Virus record (IMG/VR): IMGVR_UViG_3300038461_000154
Length of the DNA stretch: 64,000 nucleotides
From: an uncultured virus (IMG/VR IMGVR_UViG_3300038461_000154)
Taxonomy: Duplodnaviria > Heunggongvirae > Uroviricota > Caudoviricetes
Reading direction: 5' to 3' (one strand)
The first letter of the stretch is position 1; each line of letters begins with the position of its first letter. The notes below the pieces were generated by a model, which saw only the letters and a program-made list of their open reading frames with translations, did no database searches and was not told where the DNA came from. The position numbers and the translations under genes are program-made. Below, one piece after another: positions 1 through 9,382 of the stretch.

Positions 1-21
1 ATAATAACTTTAAGTTCAACC

Positions 22-321
22 TTAAACCTTCTTCTGATTGTGAATGTAAAGTTCTCCTCTTGTATTTCCCATCATTTCTCTGTCTTGCATCTCGGCTATA
101 TCACTATATCGGAAATGTTGACCGCATAATACACATATATCTTGTTCCATTAGTACGAATGTAGTATGATGACGATTTACCATCAAAATTCCATCTCCGC
201 AAACAGGACAATCTGAACTGTATCGGCTATTTTTGCTACTGCGCTTCAAATCGGCATGTTTGATTATCTTTTCAGGCTTATCGTAATTGCATAATTCAAT
301 AACCATTTTGCACCTCACCAT
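22..321 (-). CDS. hypothetical Zn-ribbon protein
   Basis: CPVC and CVLC pairs; promoter motif just upstream. Confidence 0.65.
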   Translation of the reverse strand: MVRCKMVIELCNYDKPEKIIKHADLKRSSKNSRYSSDCPVCGDGILMVNRHHTTFVLMEQDICVLCGQHFRYSDIAEMQDREMMGNTRGELYIHNQKKV

Positions 322-361
322 TACTGTATCGTAATTTCACGTGGATGCTATGATAAAATTT

Positions 362-402
362 AAAAATAAGAAAGCCCTGCAAGGTCAATCCTTGTAGGGC
401 TT
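362..402 (-). terminator. intrinsic terminator
   Basis: 13-bp stem aagccctgcaagg/ccttgtagggctt followed by a T-rich tract on the minus strand. Confidence 0.7.
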
Positions 403-678
403 CCTTAATGTTCTTTTTTGTCTCCTAGTATTTTCGCGTGGTCGTTTATCAGCGCAGCCGCATGGTACACCTCCTTTTTATTCTAATCGTTTAGTGTTTC
501 ATCAAGTTTGCAATCAAAAGTTTCAATTTGTGGGGCTTTCGTCACGGGAATGGCATGATTTTAGTCCTCAAAAACTAGCCAATTCTTTAACGGTCACTGT
601 CTACTCTACTTCTGTATTGCGTCCTTCAACTCTTATATATCGTCAAATCTCGCCATTTTTCTTGAACAATCTTGAAAA

Positions 679-879
679 TTAAATCTCGTAAAGTTCACTT
701 TCAAAGGCATTGGTTTGGTAAGTGGAAGTTCCATCTTTCTTGGGCAATGATATAAGACTATATTCCCACACGCCCAATCTAAACCGCAGAACCTTTTCAA
801 CAACCATCTTGCCTTTCCAGGTTATATGGCGGCACATAGCTCCTTTTTTCCATTTCGCCGGTTTTTCGATGTACCTCAT
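679..879 (-). CDS. hypothetical protein
   Basis: ORF with GGAG RBS. Confidence 0.65.
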   Translation of the reverse strand: MRYIEKPAKWKKGAMCRHITWKGKMVVEKVLRFRLGVWEYSLISLPKKDGTSTYQTNAFESELYEI

Positions 880-896
880 TTTGCAACTCCCTTAAT

Positions 897-1079
897 TTAA
901 TCCAACTTGCTTTCGGCATCCCTCACACGATTATAAGCAGCCAAGAAGTCTTCGTCAGACAAAGCGGCCAGCCACTTAGTGTAGGCAGCAACATCCGTCT
1001 GGCCTTTTCTGTTTTCGTACTCATAATCAAGCCAACCATTCCGCTTGATTTCTTCTACCATCAATTCACGGAGAGACAT
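897..1079 (-). CDS. hypothetical protein
   Basis: ORF with AAGGAG RBS. Confidence 0.7.
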   Translation of the reverse strand: MSLRELMVEEIKRNGWLDYEYENRKGQTDVAAYTKWLAALSDEDFLAAYNRVRDAESKLD

Positions 1080-1184
1080 TTGTTTAGCTCCTTTTTAGGG
1101 ACTTAGAAGAGCAGCGCACATTTCAAGCGCAGTAGGGCGTATCCCCTATTTCCGCAAAAACGATTGCTCTTTTAGTCCCGTTTT

Positions 1185-1487
1185 TTACCGGGCGTCGTAA
1201 GCGATGTACAGGATGCCATCAACCACCACCGAAATGAAATCGTTCTGCACTTCGGCAATGTCCAGATGCGCCACAATGACCTTCTGAATCTTGCGCACGT
1301 AGGAATCATTGATATCACTGCCATTCACCGCATAGCCGCGCCCCTTGCCCTCAGCAGCAGCCGAAGCCGCCGTGTAGCGATGCTTGCCAGCACAACCACA
1401 GCAACACTTACCATCAATGCCCCGGTACACATGGGGAGCCTTCAAAACTCGCTCACTCACATTGGCACTCACAGTAGTCGTTGTCAT
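1185..1487 (-). CDS. hypothetical protein (CCCGC motif)
   Basis: AAGGAG RBS before MTTT; promoter motif at 1533. Confidence 0.7.
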   Translation of the reverse strand: MTTTTVSANVSERVLKAPHVYRGIDGKCCCGCAGKHRYTAASAAAEGKGRGYAVNGSDINDSYVRKIQKVIVAHLDIAEVQNDFISVVVDGILYIAYDAR

Positions 1488-1532
1488 GGTCTTAACTCCT
1501 TCAAAAAGGTTGATTGGTTTCCTCACACTTAT

Positions 1533-1558
1533 GTATCGTCAAAGCGTGGCTTATTTAT
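1533..1558 (-). promoter_or_regulatory. phage promoter-like motif ATAAW-N13-GACGATAY (representative of about 25 copies)
   Basis: ATAAA-taagccacgcttt-GACGATAC upstream of an RBS and ATG; motif recurs intergenically across the window. Confidence 0.7.
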
Positions 1559-1916
1559 TAAGGATTCCTAAAATTAGCCACTTAGCAATTGCACGTGCAG
1601 CCTTGTCAATCTCGGCATACTCAAAGAAAATCTTGCTTGCATAGACATTCTCATTTGGAACGTTGCTATTATCAAAGTCAAAACGCCCACCCAAATAGAT
1701 TACGATGTTGTCAGAACTCCGGTACTCAGAGAACGAAATGGCAGTGTCAATGGAAGGATTACCGGTATCACGCACAATGTGAAGGCCATGTTCGCGGCCA
1801 TTATCATAGCCACTAACATAAACCGTAGGTGCATTCTTACCTGTCAGCTTGCCCTTGACAAGCTTCCTGACAGTCTTCCACACCTTGTTTGCCACAGTTC
1901 TTGAATCGCTAATCAT
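1551..1916 (-). CDS. hypothetical protein
   Basis: AGGAGG RBS; promoter motif at 1938. Confidence 0.75.
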   Translation of the reverse strand: MISDSRTVANKVWKTVRKLVKGKLTGKNAPTVYVSGYDNGREHGLHIVRDTGNPSIDTAISFSEYRSSDNIVIYLGGRFDFDNSNVPNENVYASKIFFEYAEIDKAARAIAKWLILGILNK

Positions 1917-1975
1917 CGGTAAAATCCTCCTTCTTATGTATCGTTAAAAAGGAAGGATTTTATAAATAAATCAGT

Positions 1976-2344
1976 TCAGATTTTTTCTTGGCTATACACT
2001 TCCAAAACACCGTCATATTCACCACGAGCTTTCAGGATAGCTATTTTATGTCCTATCACAGCTTCATCCCATGTGCAATAGCGATATTGGTCTTCATTAT
2101 GTTCACCACCAAAAATCATGGTTTCAAACAATATTGGAATGTGGTCTTCATCTGTTGAAAAGGAGTGGTCCATACCTAAAAATACGGTACTAACTTGTAT
2201 TGAATTACCATGTCTATCTTTGAAATTATCATTAGCCACATGACGATTAACTGTGCCAAACCACTTCCCCCATTTAAATAAATCAGGTTCTTCTATTGGG
2301 GTATGGCCATCTAGGATATATTTGCCGGTTGTTAAGTGAGGCAT
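1976..2344 (-). CDS. hypothetical phage protein
   Basis: ORF with VSTVFLGMDH..FETMIFGG, a motif type I recall from phage hypotheticals. Confidence 0.75.
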   Translation of the reverse strand: MPHLTTGKYILDGHTPIEEPDLFKWGKWFGTVNRHVANDNFKDRHGNSIQVSTVFLGMDHSFSTDEDHIPILFETMIFGGEHNEDQYRYCTWDEAVIGHKIAILKARGEYDGVLEVYSQEKI

Positions 2345-2348
2345 AATT

Positions 2349-2428
2349 TGGTTCGGATGACAGGAGTTTCACCTGTATCATTCCAGCCCTATGAATGGCT
2401 GGCGCTCTATTTTTTAAGCTACATCCGG
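2349..2428 (-). tRNA. non-canonical tRNA-like gene, probable anticodon CAT
   Basis: Cloverleaf: CCGGATG/CATCCGA acceptor, GCTT/GAGC D stem, CCAGCC/GGCTGG stem with 8-nt loop, ACAGG/CCTGT T stem, encoded CCA. Confidence 0.7.
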
Positions 2429-2444
2429 TCACTCTCCAAAAATA

Positions 2445-2513
2445 GGCAAAGAAGATAGTCAGTTAGCCGCTGCCTTGGGGGCAGTTCGGTTTATCCTGGC
2501 TACCTTCCCTGCC
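2445..2513 (-). ncRNA. long hairpin structured RNA
   Basis: About 18-bp basal stem whose mismatches become G-U pairs on the minus strand, plus apical CTGCC/GGCAG stem. Confidence 0.5.
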
Positions 2514-2521
2514 AAACTTAG

Positions 2522-2622
2522 AGGCGAGTAACCTTTGCCATGCCTCATCAGGGCATGAGCGACATTCCATCAATGCCGCCTTCGCTACCCTTCCTGTATG
2601 GGGCAGGTTGGGTTTCGCGCCT
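2522..2622 (-). ncRNA. multi-stem structured RNA candidate
   Basis: Closing AGGCG/CGCCT with internal hairpins CCTG/CAGG, GGCGGCATT/AATGTCGCT and CATGCC/GGCATG. Confidence 0.4.
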
Positions 2623-2702
2623 ATTTAGTTACCACCTTCCCAATGTCTTAGCGGGAACTATTTTCATAGCTCTGATGTTGCTTACCGCTGACGTAAACTA
2701 TA

Positions 2703-2777
2703 TGGGGTGGCAGGCTTCCATACCTGCATTTTCGGTAGTGTTCTACTTCTCCGACGTTTGAGTTTAACCACACCCCA
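2703..2777 (-). ncRNA. tRNA-like RNA with aberrant anticodon arm
   Basis: TGGGGTG/CACCCCA acceptor, short D arm, TCGG/CCGA arm, GCAGG/CCTGC T stem. Confidence 0.55.
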
Positions 2778-3486
2778 TCATTTCTTCAATCCTCACGAAA
2801 GCAGCCGCTCCAGAGTTGGCTGGATTTCTCCTGTTTTCACAGGCGGCTCCTACAACACTTTGCCTTGCATTGGCCGCTTTCGCTTTGGCTTTTGTTTTTG
2901 AGTCTTTGGCAGTATCCTTCTAAACTCTCACGAATTTAGTTGGCCTGGATGCTTCTAGTCGCATTACCAGCGTTCCCGTCAAAAACTCGCAAAATCTCTT
3001 TTATGCAGGCGATAGTATGTAAAATTCTTTCGGCCTCACATGTACGATTTAAGCACGGATTAAGTTCCACCTACCTTAACCTCACCTTGGCCATCGCTTC
3101 CAACCATGTAACCCCTAAGAACCCCCTATCCTTTCTTATTCCTGCATTAAATTAGAATCTATAACGCTCCTCACAACTGTTAAGGATTCACGGCCACTTG
3201 TGGGCCATTCACGTTACAGACCCCATTTTTTCTTATTCCTGCACTTGTGAGTTATGGAATTGGTTTCTGTAGCCCACGTTGTACCAGCATCGCCAAACTA
3301 AGGCGTCTTACTGCTTCTGGCCTGAACGTACCAATCAAGGGGAGTCTTCAGCACTATCTGTAATTGTTCATCACAACTACGCTGCACAACCTCACTTGCC
3401 TCACTCTTCAGTTTTGAAAGAACCACAACCTTCACATCTATGTATCGTCATTTTATCTGATTACTATTAAAAAATCCAGAAAAATC

Positions 3487-3729
3487 TTACTTCTTTGCGA
3501 AATAGCCCTTCATCGGCTGCTTCTTGCATTCTGGATTCGCTTGTGCAATCTTGGCAATATTGGCATTCGCTTTCGCCACTCGTGCAATCACCTTCAGATT
3601 GTCATTGAATTGCTTGACTTGTTCAGGGGAAAGCGTCTTTTCATCCCCAAAACACATAATCCCCCGTTGCATGTCTTTTCCCGCATTCTTAAACGTTTTC
3701 CAGTTAATCATTGTCCTTCTCCTTTTCAA
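3487..3729 (-). CDS. hypothetical protein
   Basis: ORF; start may be MINWK (3711) after AGGAG. Confidence 0.6.
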   Translation of the reverse strand: MKRRRTMINWKTFKNAGKDMQRGIMCFGDEKTLSPEQVKQFNDNLKVIARVAKANANIAKIAQANPECKKQPMKGYFAKK

Positions 3730-3789
3730 AATGTCGTCTTTTAGTGTATCGTAAGATGATTGTGATTGTTAGTAAAATCCAACAAATAT

Positions 3790-4284
3790 TCAAATTCCAG
3801 TCTCAGGAAAAACAACCATGTCAAAATCTTCCGGTTGGCAATGCACTACTTCACCATAGCGGTTTTCCACAAGAAAATAGTTATCATCGGTAATTTGATG
3901 TAGTAAATATTCTACGCCCTTATCAAAATCAAGACGTTCACCACTGCATATCACTGTCGGCAAATCAGCACCATCTAAAACGAACGTGTTAGCTCCAATC
4001 TTTACTACTTTATAGGAGCCGTCATACTCTTTACTTTCAATATCAATCCAATGATGTTCACGCAAGTCTATAAGCTCATTACGGATAAGACCTTCTGCCT
4101 GATAGCGCGAATTGAACGGGTTGAATTGAAAGACATTCACTTTCTTTTTGAGGTTAAGAGTACGTTTTTCATAAGCAAAACGGCCATTCTGCATATCAAA
4201 TAGACTTAGCACAATGACAGTTTGGCCATCATTTTTGCGGCTAAGTATGGTTTTCGATACACAAATCACCGTTTGTCTCCTCAT
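3790..4284 (-). CDS. hypothetical protein
   Basis: 164-aa ORF directly behind promoter motif at 4290. Confidence 0.7.
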   Translation of the reverse strand: MRRQTVICVSKTILSRKNDGQTVIVLSLFDMQNGRFAYEKRTLNLKKKVNVFQFNPFNSRYQAEGLIRNELIDLREHHWIDIESKEYDGSYKVVKIGANTFVLDGADLPTVICSGERLDFDKGVEYLLHQITDDNYFLVENRYGEVVHCQPEDFDMVVFPETGI

Positions 4285-4428
4285 TTCTTATATCGTCAAA
4301 CTTGTGAAGTATTTTAAAACAAAAAATCGGGTCTTTTTATAGCCCCCGATGCGATTTTAGTTAAACCTATTGTACTTCTTATTTTAAATGACTATTAGCC
4401 CATCAATTTGAACGACTATTCCTTCCGT

Positions 4429-4620
4429 TTAGGAAGGTTTTTGTGTGCCAGCAGCTTTGGTGGTAGCATAGGAAGCATTCTGAATGTTCTGCAACGCTTC
4501 CGTAGGCTGATTCTGGCTAGGCCCACCAGACGCACCTTTGAACCACTCGCTACTGTGCAAATCGCTTGTGGCCTCTCTTGCGCCCTTCTCTGCCGCTGCA
4601 CGCTCACTTTGACTGGCCAT
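4429..4620 (-). CDS. small hydrophilic protein
   Basis: GAGG RBS before MASQ. Confidence 0.55.
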   Translation of the reverse strand: MASQSERAAAEKGAREATSDLHSSEWFKGASGGPSQNQPTEALQNIQNASYATTKAAGTQKPS

Positions 4621-4734
4621 ACTGCCTCCTCTCCCCTCCATTCGCCTGACAAAGAACCGCTCCAACAACTTCACTATTCACACTATACTCTCTCTGTTTC
4701 TCATTGCAACTCCAAAATCTTAAAATTCCCGTTG

Positions 4735-5152
4735 CTCCTGTAGCACCCGTTGAACCTGTAGAGCCTTGTGAAGCCAGTGGAACCTTGTGGAGCCTGTAGA
4801 GCCTTGTGGAACCTGTGGAGCCTGTAGAACCTTGTGGAGCCTGTTACTCCTATTGGACCTATTAAACAATATTTCGTAAACTCTTTGAGATTAAGCACTT
4901 ATCAATTATAATTTATGCATCTATTCGAAGAGTAAAAAATAACGTCAAATTTAACGTAAGATAATGTCTTTATTTATATAGGTTTACACAATCATAAACA
5001 CAATCAACTACAATCAACTACATTCATCTCCTGAACCCGTTGGACCTGTAGCACCCGTTGGACCTGTTGACCCTTTGAAGCACCTGTAGCACCCGTTGGA
5101 CCTGTTGACCCTTTGAAGCACCTGTAGCACCCGTTACTCCTTGAATACCCTA
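4735..5152 (-). pseudogene. degenerate collagen-like (Gly-X-Thr) repeat remnants
   Basis: Two patches of about 9-nt periodic repeats encoding GPT/GAT/GST triplets with frameshifts; 38-bp tandem unit at 5044-5135. Confidence 0.55.
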
Positions 5153-5234
5153 ATCTGCCCAACATGAACGTGCATGTGCAAAGTTTTTGATTTTCTGATA
5201 ATTAAATCCACTTTTGACGATATATAAATAGGAG

Positions 5235-5486
5235 ATGAACTGCACAATGAAACCACAAGTTCTTAAACTCGGCACTCTTGAAGCTTTACGAGAATGCGTT
5301 ACCAACCATCAACCACCAAATGTTGATGGACCAGCCGGTAACTTAGTGCGAGTCAATAAGCCCGATGCACTCTTTCATCTCCACAGTGGTAGACAGGTTT
5401 TGCTGTTGAGAGCTTCAGGACTCGCTTTTTGGATTACCGAAGATGAGTTGCAAAATGCAAATGGTAAATATTTCGTCAAGTGGTAA
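5235..5486 (+). CDS. hypothetical protein
   Basis: Plus-strand promoter motif at 5216 and AGGAG RBS. Confidence 0.65.
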   Translation: MNCTMKPQVLKLGTLEALRECVTNHQPPNVDGPAGNLVRVNKPDALFHLHSGRQVLLLRASGLAFWITEDELQNANGKYFVKW

Positions 5487-5490
5487 ATAT

Positions 5491-5868
5491 TTACTGCTCA
5501 TAACACCATTCATACCAACCAAAACCATAGATGCCCATGTTCGGCTCAGCACTCTTTCGATATATTCGCTTTTTCATATCTAATAACTTGCCAAATTGCT
5601 TCGTTACATTCAATATTCCTTGCTCTGTACTCGCCACTTGTATCTTCCCGCCATCTGTGCAATTTATCTCTTGCAACACATAAAATCTGCCATCTGCTTT
5701 CATCGGTGCCCAAGTAAAGGCCATTATCAGCCAAACAATCAGTCCAGCAGTTACGCCCATTAAAAGCCAGCCTGTTGCTTTTCCAATATTGCGTTCCGAT
5801 GCTACAGATAACCGTAATCCAGTCAGCCCCAAGATTATAATTATGATGATTAACGCTATTACTGGCAT
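5491..5868 (-). CDS. membrane protein
   Basis: Two hydrophobic segments at the N-terminus. Confidence 0.7.
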   Translation of the reverse strand: MPVIALIIIIIILGLTGLRLSVASERNIGKATGWLLMGVTAGLIVWLIMAFTWAPMKADGRFYVLQEINCTDGGKIQVASTEQGILNVTKQFGKLLDMKKRIYRKSAEPNMGIYGFGWYEWCYEQ

Positions 5869-5872
5869 TTTA

Positions 5873-6355
5873 TTACCCCACCGTGTTCTCTTTCAAAATC
5901 CTCAAAATCTCATCTTTGGCTTCTTCATCTAACACTATCACATGTGCAGTGGCTTTATTATCAAGTAATTCTTCGGCCTGCTTCAAAACTCTCGTTCTGT
6001 CTTCGGTTTGTTCTGGTGCTACGAATACTCTACTCATGTCCTCCAATGCCAACTCTAATAACACTATGCGCTTTTTTGCTATGTCTAAATCTGCACAATA
6101 TTGGTCTGCTTCATCACTCGTTGTTCCAAAGGCTTCATTAAGTTCCTTCACCTCTGTTTTCAATTCTTCATTCTCTTTGAAAACTTGTAAAAATCTATCC
6201 ATCCAGTGTTTAACCTCTGGACTTACCTCTGGCCCACTATATAGCTCTTCTTCAGGTATGCTATTCAACCTGTCGCCTATTTTCTCATTGGCGAAATCAT
6301 GGATATCGCCTACATTCTCTTGTGGCCTTTCCATGTCATTGGTATCATCGTTCAT
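5873..6355 (-). CDS. acidic coiled-coil protein
   Basis: Heptad-like E/K/L-rich ORF; ATGA overlap. Confidence 0.75.
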   Translation of the reverse strand: MNDDTNDMERPQENVGDIHDFANEKIGDRLNSIPEEELYSGPEVSPEVKHWMDRFLQVFKENEELKTEVKELNEAFGTTSDEADQYCADLDIAKKRIVLLELALEDMSRVFVAPEQTEDRTRVLKQAEELLDNKATAHVIVLDEEAKDEILRILKENTVG

Positions 6356-6591
6356 TGTTTTATCTCCATAGGCTTTCCTAATAGCATCTCAATTTGCATC
6401 TTGTGATGATTCAGAAAGTCTATTATTCCAGGCACCTTCTCGGCTTTGAATTCACTTAACCTATTAATACCCAAAATGATATTAAGTATGACTGTAGCTT
6501 GAATATCAGGGTCAGAATGCGGTATGCCTTCAACCGGCTCTGGCATGAATTTCTTCAAATAACCATGTAATCTCGTTTCTTCTTCTGTCAT
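6352..6591 (-). CDS. hypothetical protein, paralog of 6588-6863
   Basis: Shared LHGY and K(V/I)P motifs. Confidence 0.7.
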   Translation of the reverse strand: MTEEETRLHGYLKKFMPEPVEGIPHSDPDIQATVILNIILGINRLSEFKAEKVPGIIDFLNHHKMQIEMLLGKPMEIKQ

Positions 6592-6863
6592 TTTACAATC
6601 CAATCTTTTTTCATCTCTAACCACTTCCCGCCCTTCTTACCTATTAAACTGATTATAGCCTTTTTATGAACCTTTAGGAACCTCTTTGCTTCTGGTATCT
6701 TCGTCGGGTTAATCACACCCCAATTGTTGTTCATTACCAAATTCGCAAGTGCCCAAGCATCAACATCACCTTCAGTCTCATGCTTTCCCGTAACTGGCCC
6801 GTTCATCCATTTCAAAAAATAACCGTGTAATTTGAATCTCTTTTCTTCACTTGTTAGCTTCAC
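6588..6863 (-). CDS. hypothetical protein, paralog of 6352-6591
   Basis: Shared LHGY motif; coupled overlaps. Confidence 0.7.
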   Translation of the reverse strand: MKLTSEEKRFKLHGYFLKWMNGPVTGKHETEGDVDAWALANLVMNNNWGVINPTKIPEAKRFLKVHKKAIISLIGKKGGKWLEMKKDWIVK

Positions 6864-7156
6864 ATCGTACTCCTTTTCCTAGATGATTTAGACAGTTTTT
6901 CTTGACTATATACTTCCAAAGTTCCGTCATCATGAATTACAACTTGTGGTGTATAAGAAACCGACCTTTTCAAGAAAATTTCGTTGCCTCTCTTTTCCAT
7001 GCCAAGAATATCTGAGTCAGCATAATCTAAAGCTTCAGGAAAACTGATTTTCATTGTCAGTTGTTTATTTGGTATCTTAGACAAAACATCAATCAAATCC
7101 TGTACCGTAGGACCAGAACCCCAATTTACTATGTTCTTCGTGCTCATCTTTTTCAT
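6860..7156 (-). CDS. hypothetical protein
   Basis: Coupled ORF in operon. Confidence 0.7.
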   Translation of the reverse strand: MKKMSTKNIVNWGSGPTVQDLIDVLSKIPNKQLTMKISFPEALDYADSDILGMEKRGNEIFLKRSVSYTPQVVIHDDGTLEVYSQEKLSKSSRKRSTM

Positions 7157-7881
7157 CTTTTAAGTTCCTGCACTATTTTATCAAACCACGTCTGCTCTTT
7201 CTCAAAAATTATGTACTTCCTTTTCGTGTTCAAACAAGCAAACGCAGTAGTACCCGAACCCCCAAAAGAATCCAAAACCACATCTCCTTCATTCGAACTT
7301 GTCTTAATCAACTTCTCAAACAAACTCAATGGCTTCTGGTCTGGATGCCCTACTCGCTCTCTGGAAAGATGCCCCGTCAAAGCAGGACATTCAATTACAT
7401 CTCTCGCCAATGCACCTTTCGATACGTCATATGGTAATGCTTCTTTATTATATCTTCCACAACTAGGCCGTATTCTGCCTTGTAATTTTAATGTGCTTGG
7501 TAAATACTCGGTTCTAGCTTCATCTTCATTCCATGTCGCTTCAGCACTCTTATAACCATATATTATAGCTTGCATACTCATCCGCCAACGTCCTCTTGGT
7601 TTAGGACTATTTTTGTAATGCCATATCAATAACTCTTTCTTCCACATCTCAAATTGATGAAACCAATGCTCTGCTACTATATTCTTGTCACCAAATACAT
7701 AAATAGAACCTGTACTTTTAAGCAATCTGTTGAATTGCTCAAAGTATGGTCTTAATTCAATTAGCTCATATGGCGGGTCTGTTAAAATCAGGTCAATAGA
7801 TTCATCAGGTAATTCTTTCATGCCTTCTAAACAGTCTTGGTTTAATACTGTATTAGTCATTGAACTAAAATCAGTTATCAA
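7153..7881 (-). CDS. DNA N6-adenine/N4-cytosine methyltransferase (beta class)
   Basis: DLILTDPPY catalytic motif precedes HPDQKP and VLDSFGGSGTT SAM-binding motif. Confidence 0.9.
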   Translation of the reverse strand: MITDFSSMTNTVLNQDCLEGMKELPDESIDLILTDPPYELIELRPYFEQFNRLLKSTGSIYVFGDKNIVAEHWFHQFEMWKKELLIWHYKNSPKPRGRWRMSMQAIIYGYKSAEATWNEDEARTEYLPSTLKLQGRIRPSCGRYNKEALPYDVSKGALARDVIECPALTGHLSRERVGHPDQKPLSLFEKLIKTSSNEGDVVLDSFGGSGTTAFACLNTKRKYIIFEKEQTWFDKIVQELKR

Positions 7882-8114
7882 GTCGTATCCTCACAATATC
7901 CACAATCATTACACCATCGGCAATATTGTCCACCATTCATGTCCTTATGTTTACATTGTGTACTTAATTCTTTTTGTTTAAGATGTATTTTCTTCTTAGC
8001 TTCAAGATAGCTTTTTTCTAACTGGCCTAGCTCTATGTCTAAAGCTAATCTCTTCTTTCGTATCTCTGTTTGTTTCATTTTACCTTCTCGATTTAATGGC
8101 CATAACTGCTTCAT
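7878..8114 (-). CDS. coiled-coil plus Zn-finger protein
   Basis: CKH..CNDC C-terminus. Confidence 0.6.
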   Translation of the reverse strand: MKQLWPLNREGKMKQTEIRKKRLALDIELGQLEKSYLEAKKKIHLKQKELSTQCKHKDMNGGQYCRWCNDCGYCEDTT

Positions 8115-8325
8115 ATTGCCCTTTACTTACACCCGGATGATTATAGAGCAATTTCAACCGGGCTTCTGCACTATTCCTTGCTCTTGTCTTTTTACCGTAT
8201 TTCTTAGGCTTATCTGATGTAATGGCTTCAGGATTAAAAAATACATCAGGTCGCCAGGAACCTTTATAATAATAGGTTCTCTCAGTTTCTACTTCTGGAT
8301 GAATGGTATAAATATAGCGCGGCAT
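8080..8325 (-). CDS. hypothetical protein
   Basis: AAGGAG RBS before MPRY. Confidence 0.6.
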   Translation of the reverse strand: MPRYIYTIHPEVETERTYYYKGSWRPDVFFNPEAITSDKPKKYGKKTRARNSAEARLKLLYNHPGVSKGQYEAVMAIKSRR

Positions 8326-8342
8326 GTATAGCTCCTTTTTTC

Positions 8343-8606
8343 TTAGCGTTTCCAAAAATGTCCCTTATCGTCTGAATGAAAAAACACTTCCTTATCTTTC
8401 TTCTTCGGTTTCACTGCCAATCTCAAAAGCACTTCAAAAAAGTCCTTTGTAACGCCGTATGCCTCTTCGTATGTCTTTCCCTTATCCACTACTTGATAGA
8501 AAATCATCGGCTCATCGGCCCACGTTGAAGTCACCTTAAGTAGCGATAGACCTTTGGCGGGGAGTTTCCATTCCTTAACCTTCCAGGCTTCTAGTGCCTT
8601 TTTCAT
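8343..8606 (-). CDS. hypothetical protein
   Basis: ORF; TATAAT just upstream. Confidence 0.6.
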   Translation of the reverse strand: MKKALEAWKVKEWKLPAKGLSLLKVTSTWADEPMIFYQVVDKGKTYEEAYGVTKDFFEVLLRLAVKPKKKDKEVFFHSDDKGHFWKR

Positions 8607-8713
8607 GGTGCTATTATACAAAAGATTTCTTGATAATTTAAGGCATTTTTGACGATATACATAATGAGGAAGAACTATTTAAAGACTACTTAATTACCTT
8701 CTTACACCTTCTA

Positions 8714-8977
8714 TTAACTGTATGTTCCAATATATGGACAATTCTCTGGCACCTTATCCTTAAATCTTAAATTGCTCCCTATTATTGTTGGGTTATCTTC
8801 TTCTTCATCTATTCCCTTAAATCTTTCCAATGGTTTATATTTCCTGCCATCAAAAGATGCTATTGGACACCATATCCTTTTTTCTGCCCATATCTCTTCA
8901 AAATCTTCCCTCTTTCCATGCTCTACTAATATTCCGTCTCCAGCATAACATTTCCAGCATAACTCTTTCACAAACAT
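8714..8977 (-). CDS. CPYLE family Cys-rich protein
   Basis: CxxC, WC, CPY; LE tail degenerate. Confidence 0.75.
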   Translation of the reverse strand: MFVKELCWKCYAGDGILVEHGKREDFEEIWAEKRIWCPIASFDGRKYKPLERFKGIDEEEDNPTIIGSNLRFKDKVPENCPYIGTYS

Positions 8978-9162
8978 ATCACCTGCTCCAAAAGATAAGG
9001 ACATTCTTCCGGTACTTCTTTCCTCACATTAATGTAATCCTTGTTGTATTGGCACCATGTTCTACCACTATCCCAATCACTCGTAAATACAGTCTTCCAA
9101 TATCTCTTTTTGCTCTTTATCAATTCAAAAGAACATTTCAAACAAATTTCTCTATTTAACAT
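8968..9162 (-). CDS. CPYLE family Cys-rich protein
   Basis: Family motifs. Confidence 0.85.
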   Translation of the reverse strand: MLNREICLKCSFELIKSKKRYWKTVFTSDWDSGRTWCQYNKDYINVRKEVPEECPYLLEQVICL

Positions 9163-9382
9163 TTACCACATGCTCCATATAATACGGACACCTTGGACCT
9201 ATCACTGTCTCATTGATTTCTTCCTCTCCTAAATGTAGCCAATTCATATACCACTCACAATATACCCTCCCATTCTTCCAATTCTTATTGTACCACAGCT
9301 TATACGATGTCTTGTGTATCTTCAAATAAAGCGATGTGTTCCCATAACTGCACTTCCAACATACCTCCTTATCTAATTTCAT
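9152..9382 (-). CDS. CPYLE family Cys-rich protein
   Basis: Family motifs. Confidence 0.85.
   Translation of the reverse strand: MKLDKEVCWKCSYGNTSLYLKIHKTSYKLWYNKNWKNGRVYCEWYMNWLHLGEEEINETVIGPRCPYYMEHVVNVK

Noticed and set aside
2445..2513. SRP 4.5S RNA
   Set aside because: It is a long hairpin but lacks the GNRA-capped CAGG/AGCAG domain IV signature.
2522..2622. Hammerhead ribozyme (CGAAAC and CTGATGAG on the minus strand)
   Set aside because: Stems I and II cannot be formed, and CTGATGA sits in the loop of a CATGCC/GGCATG hairpin. cmscan would settle it.
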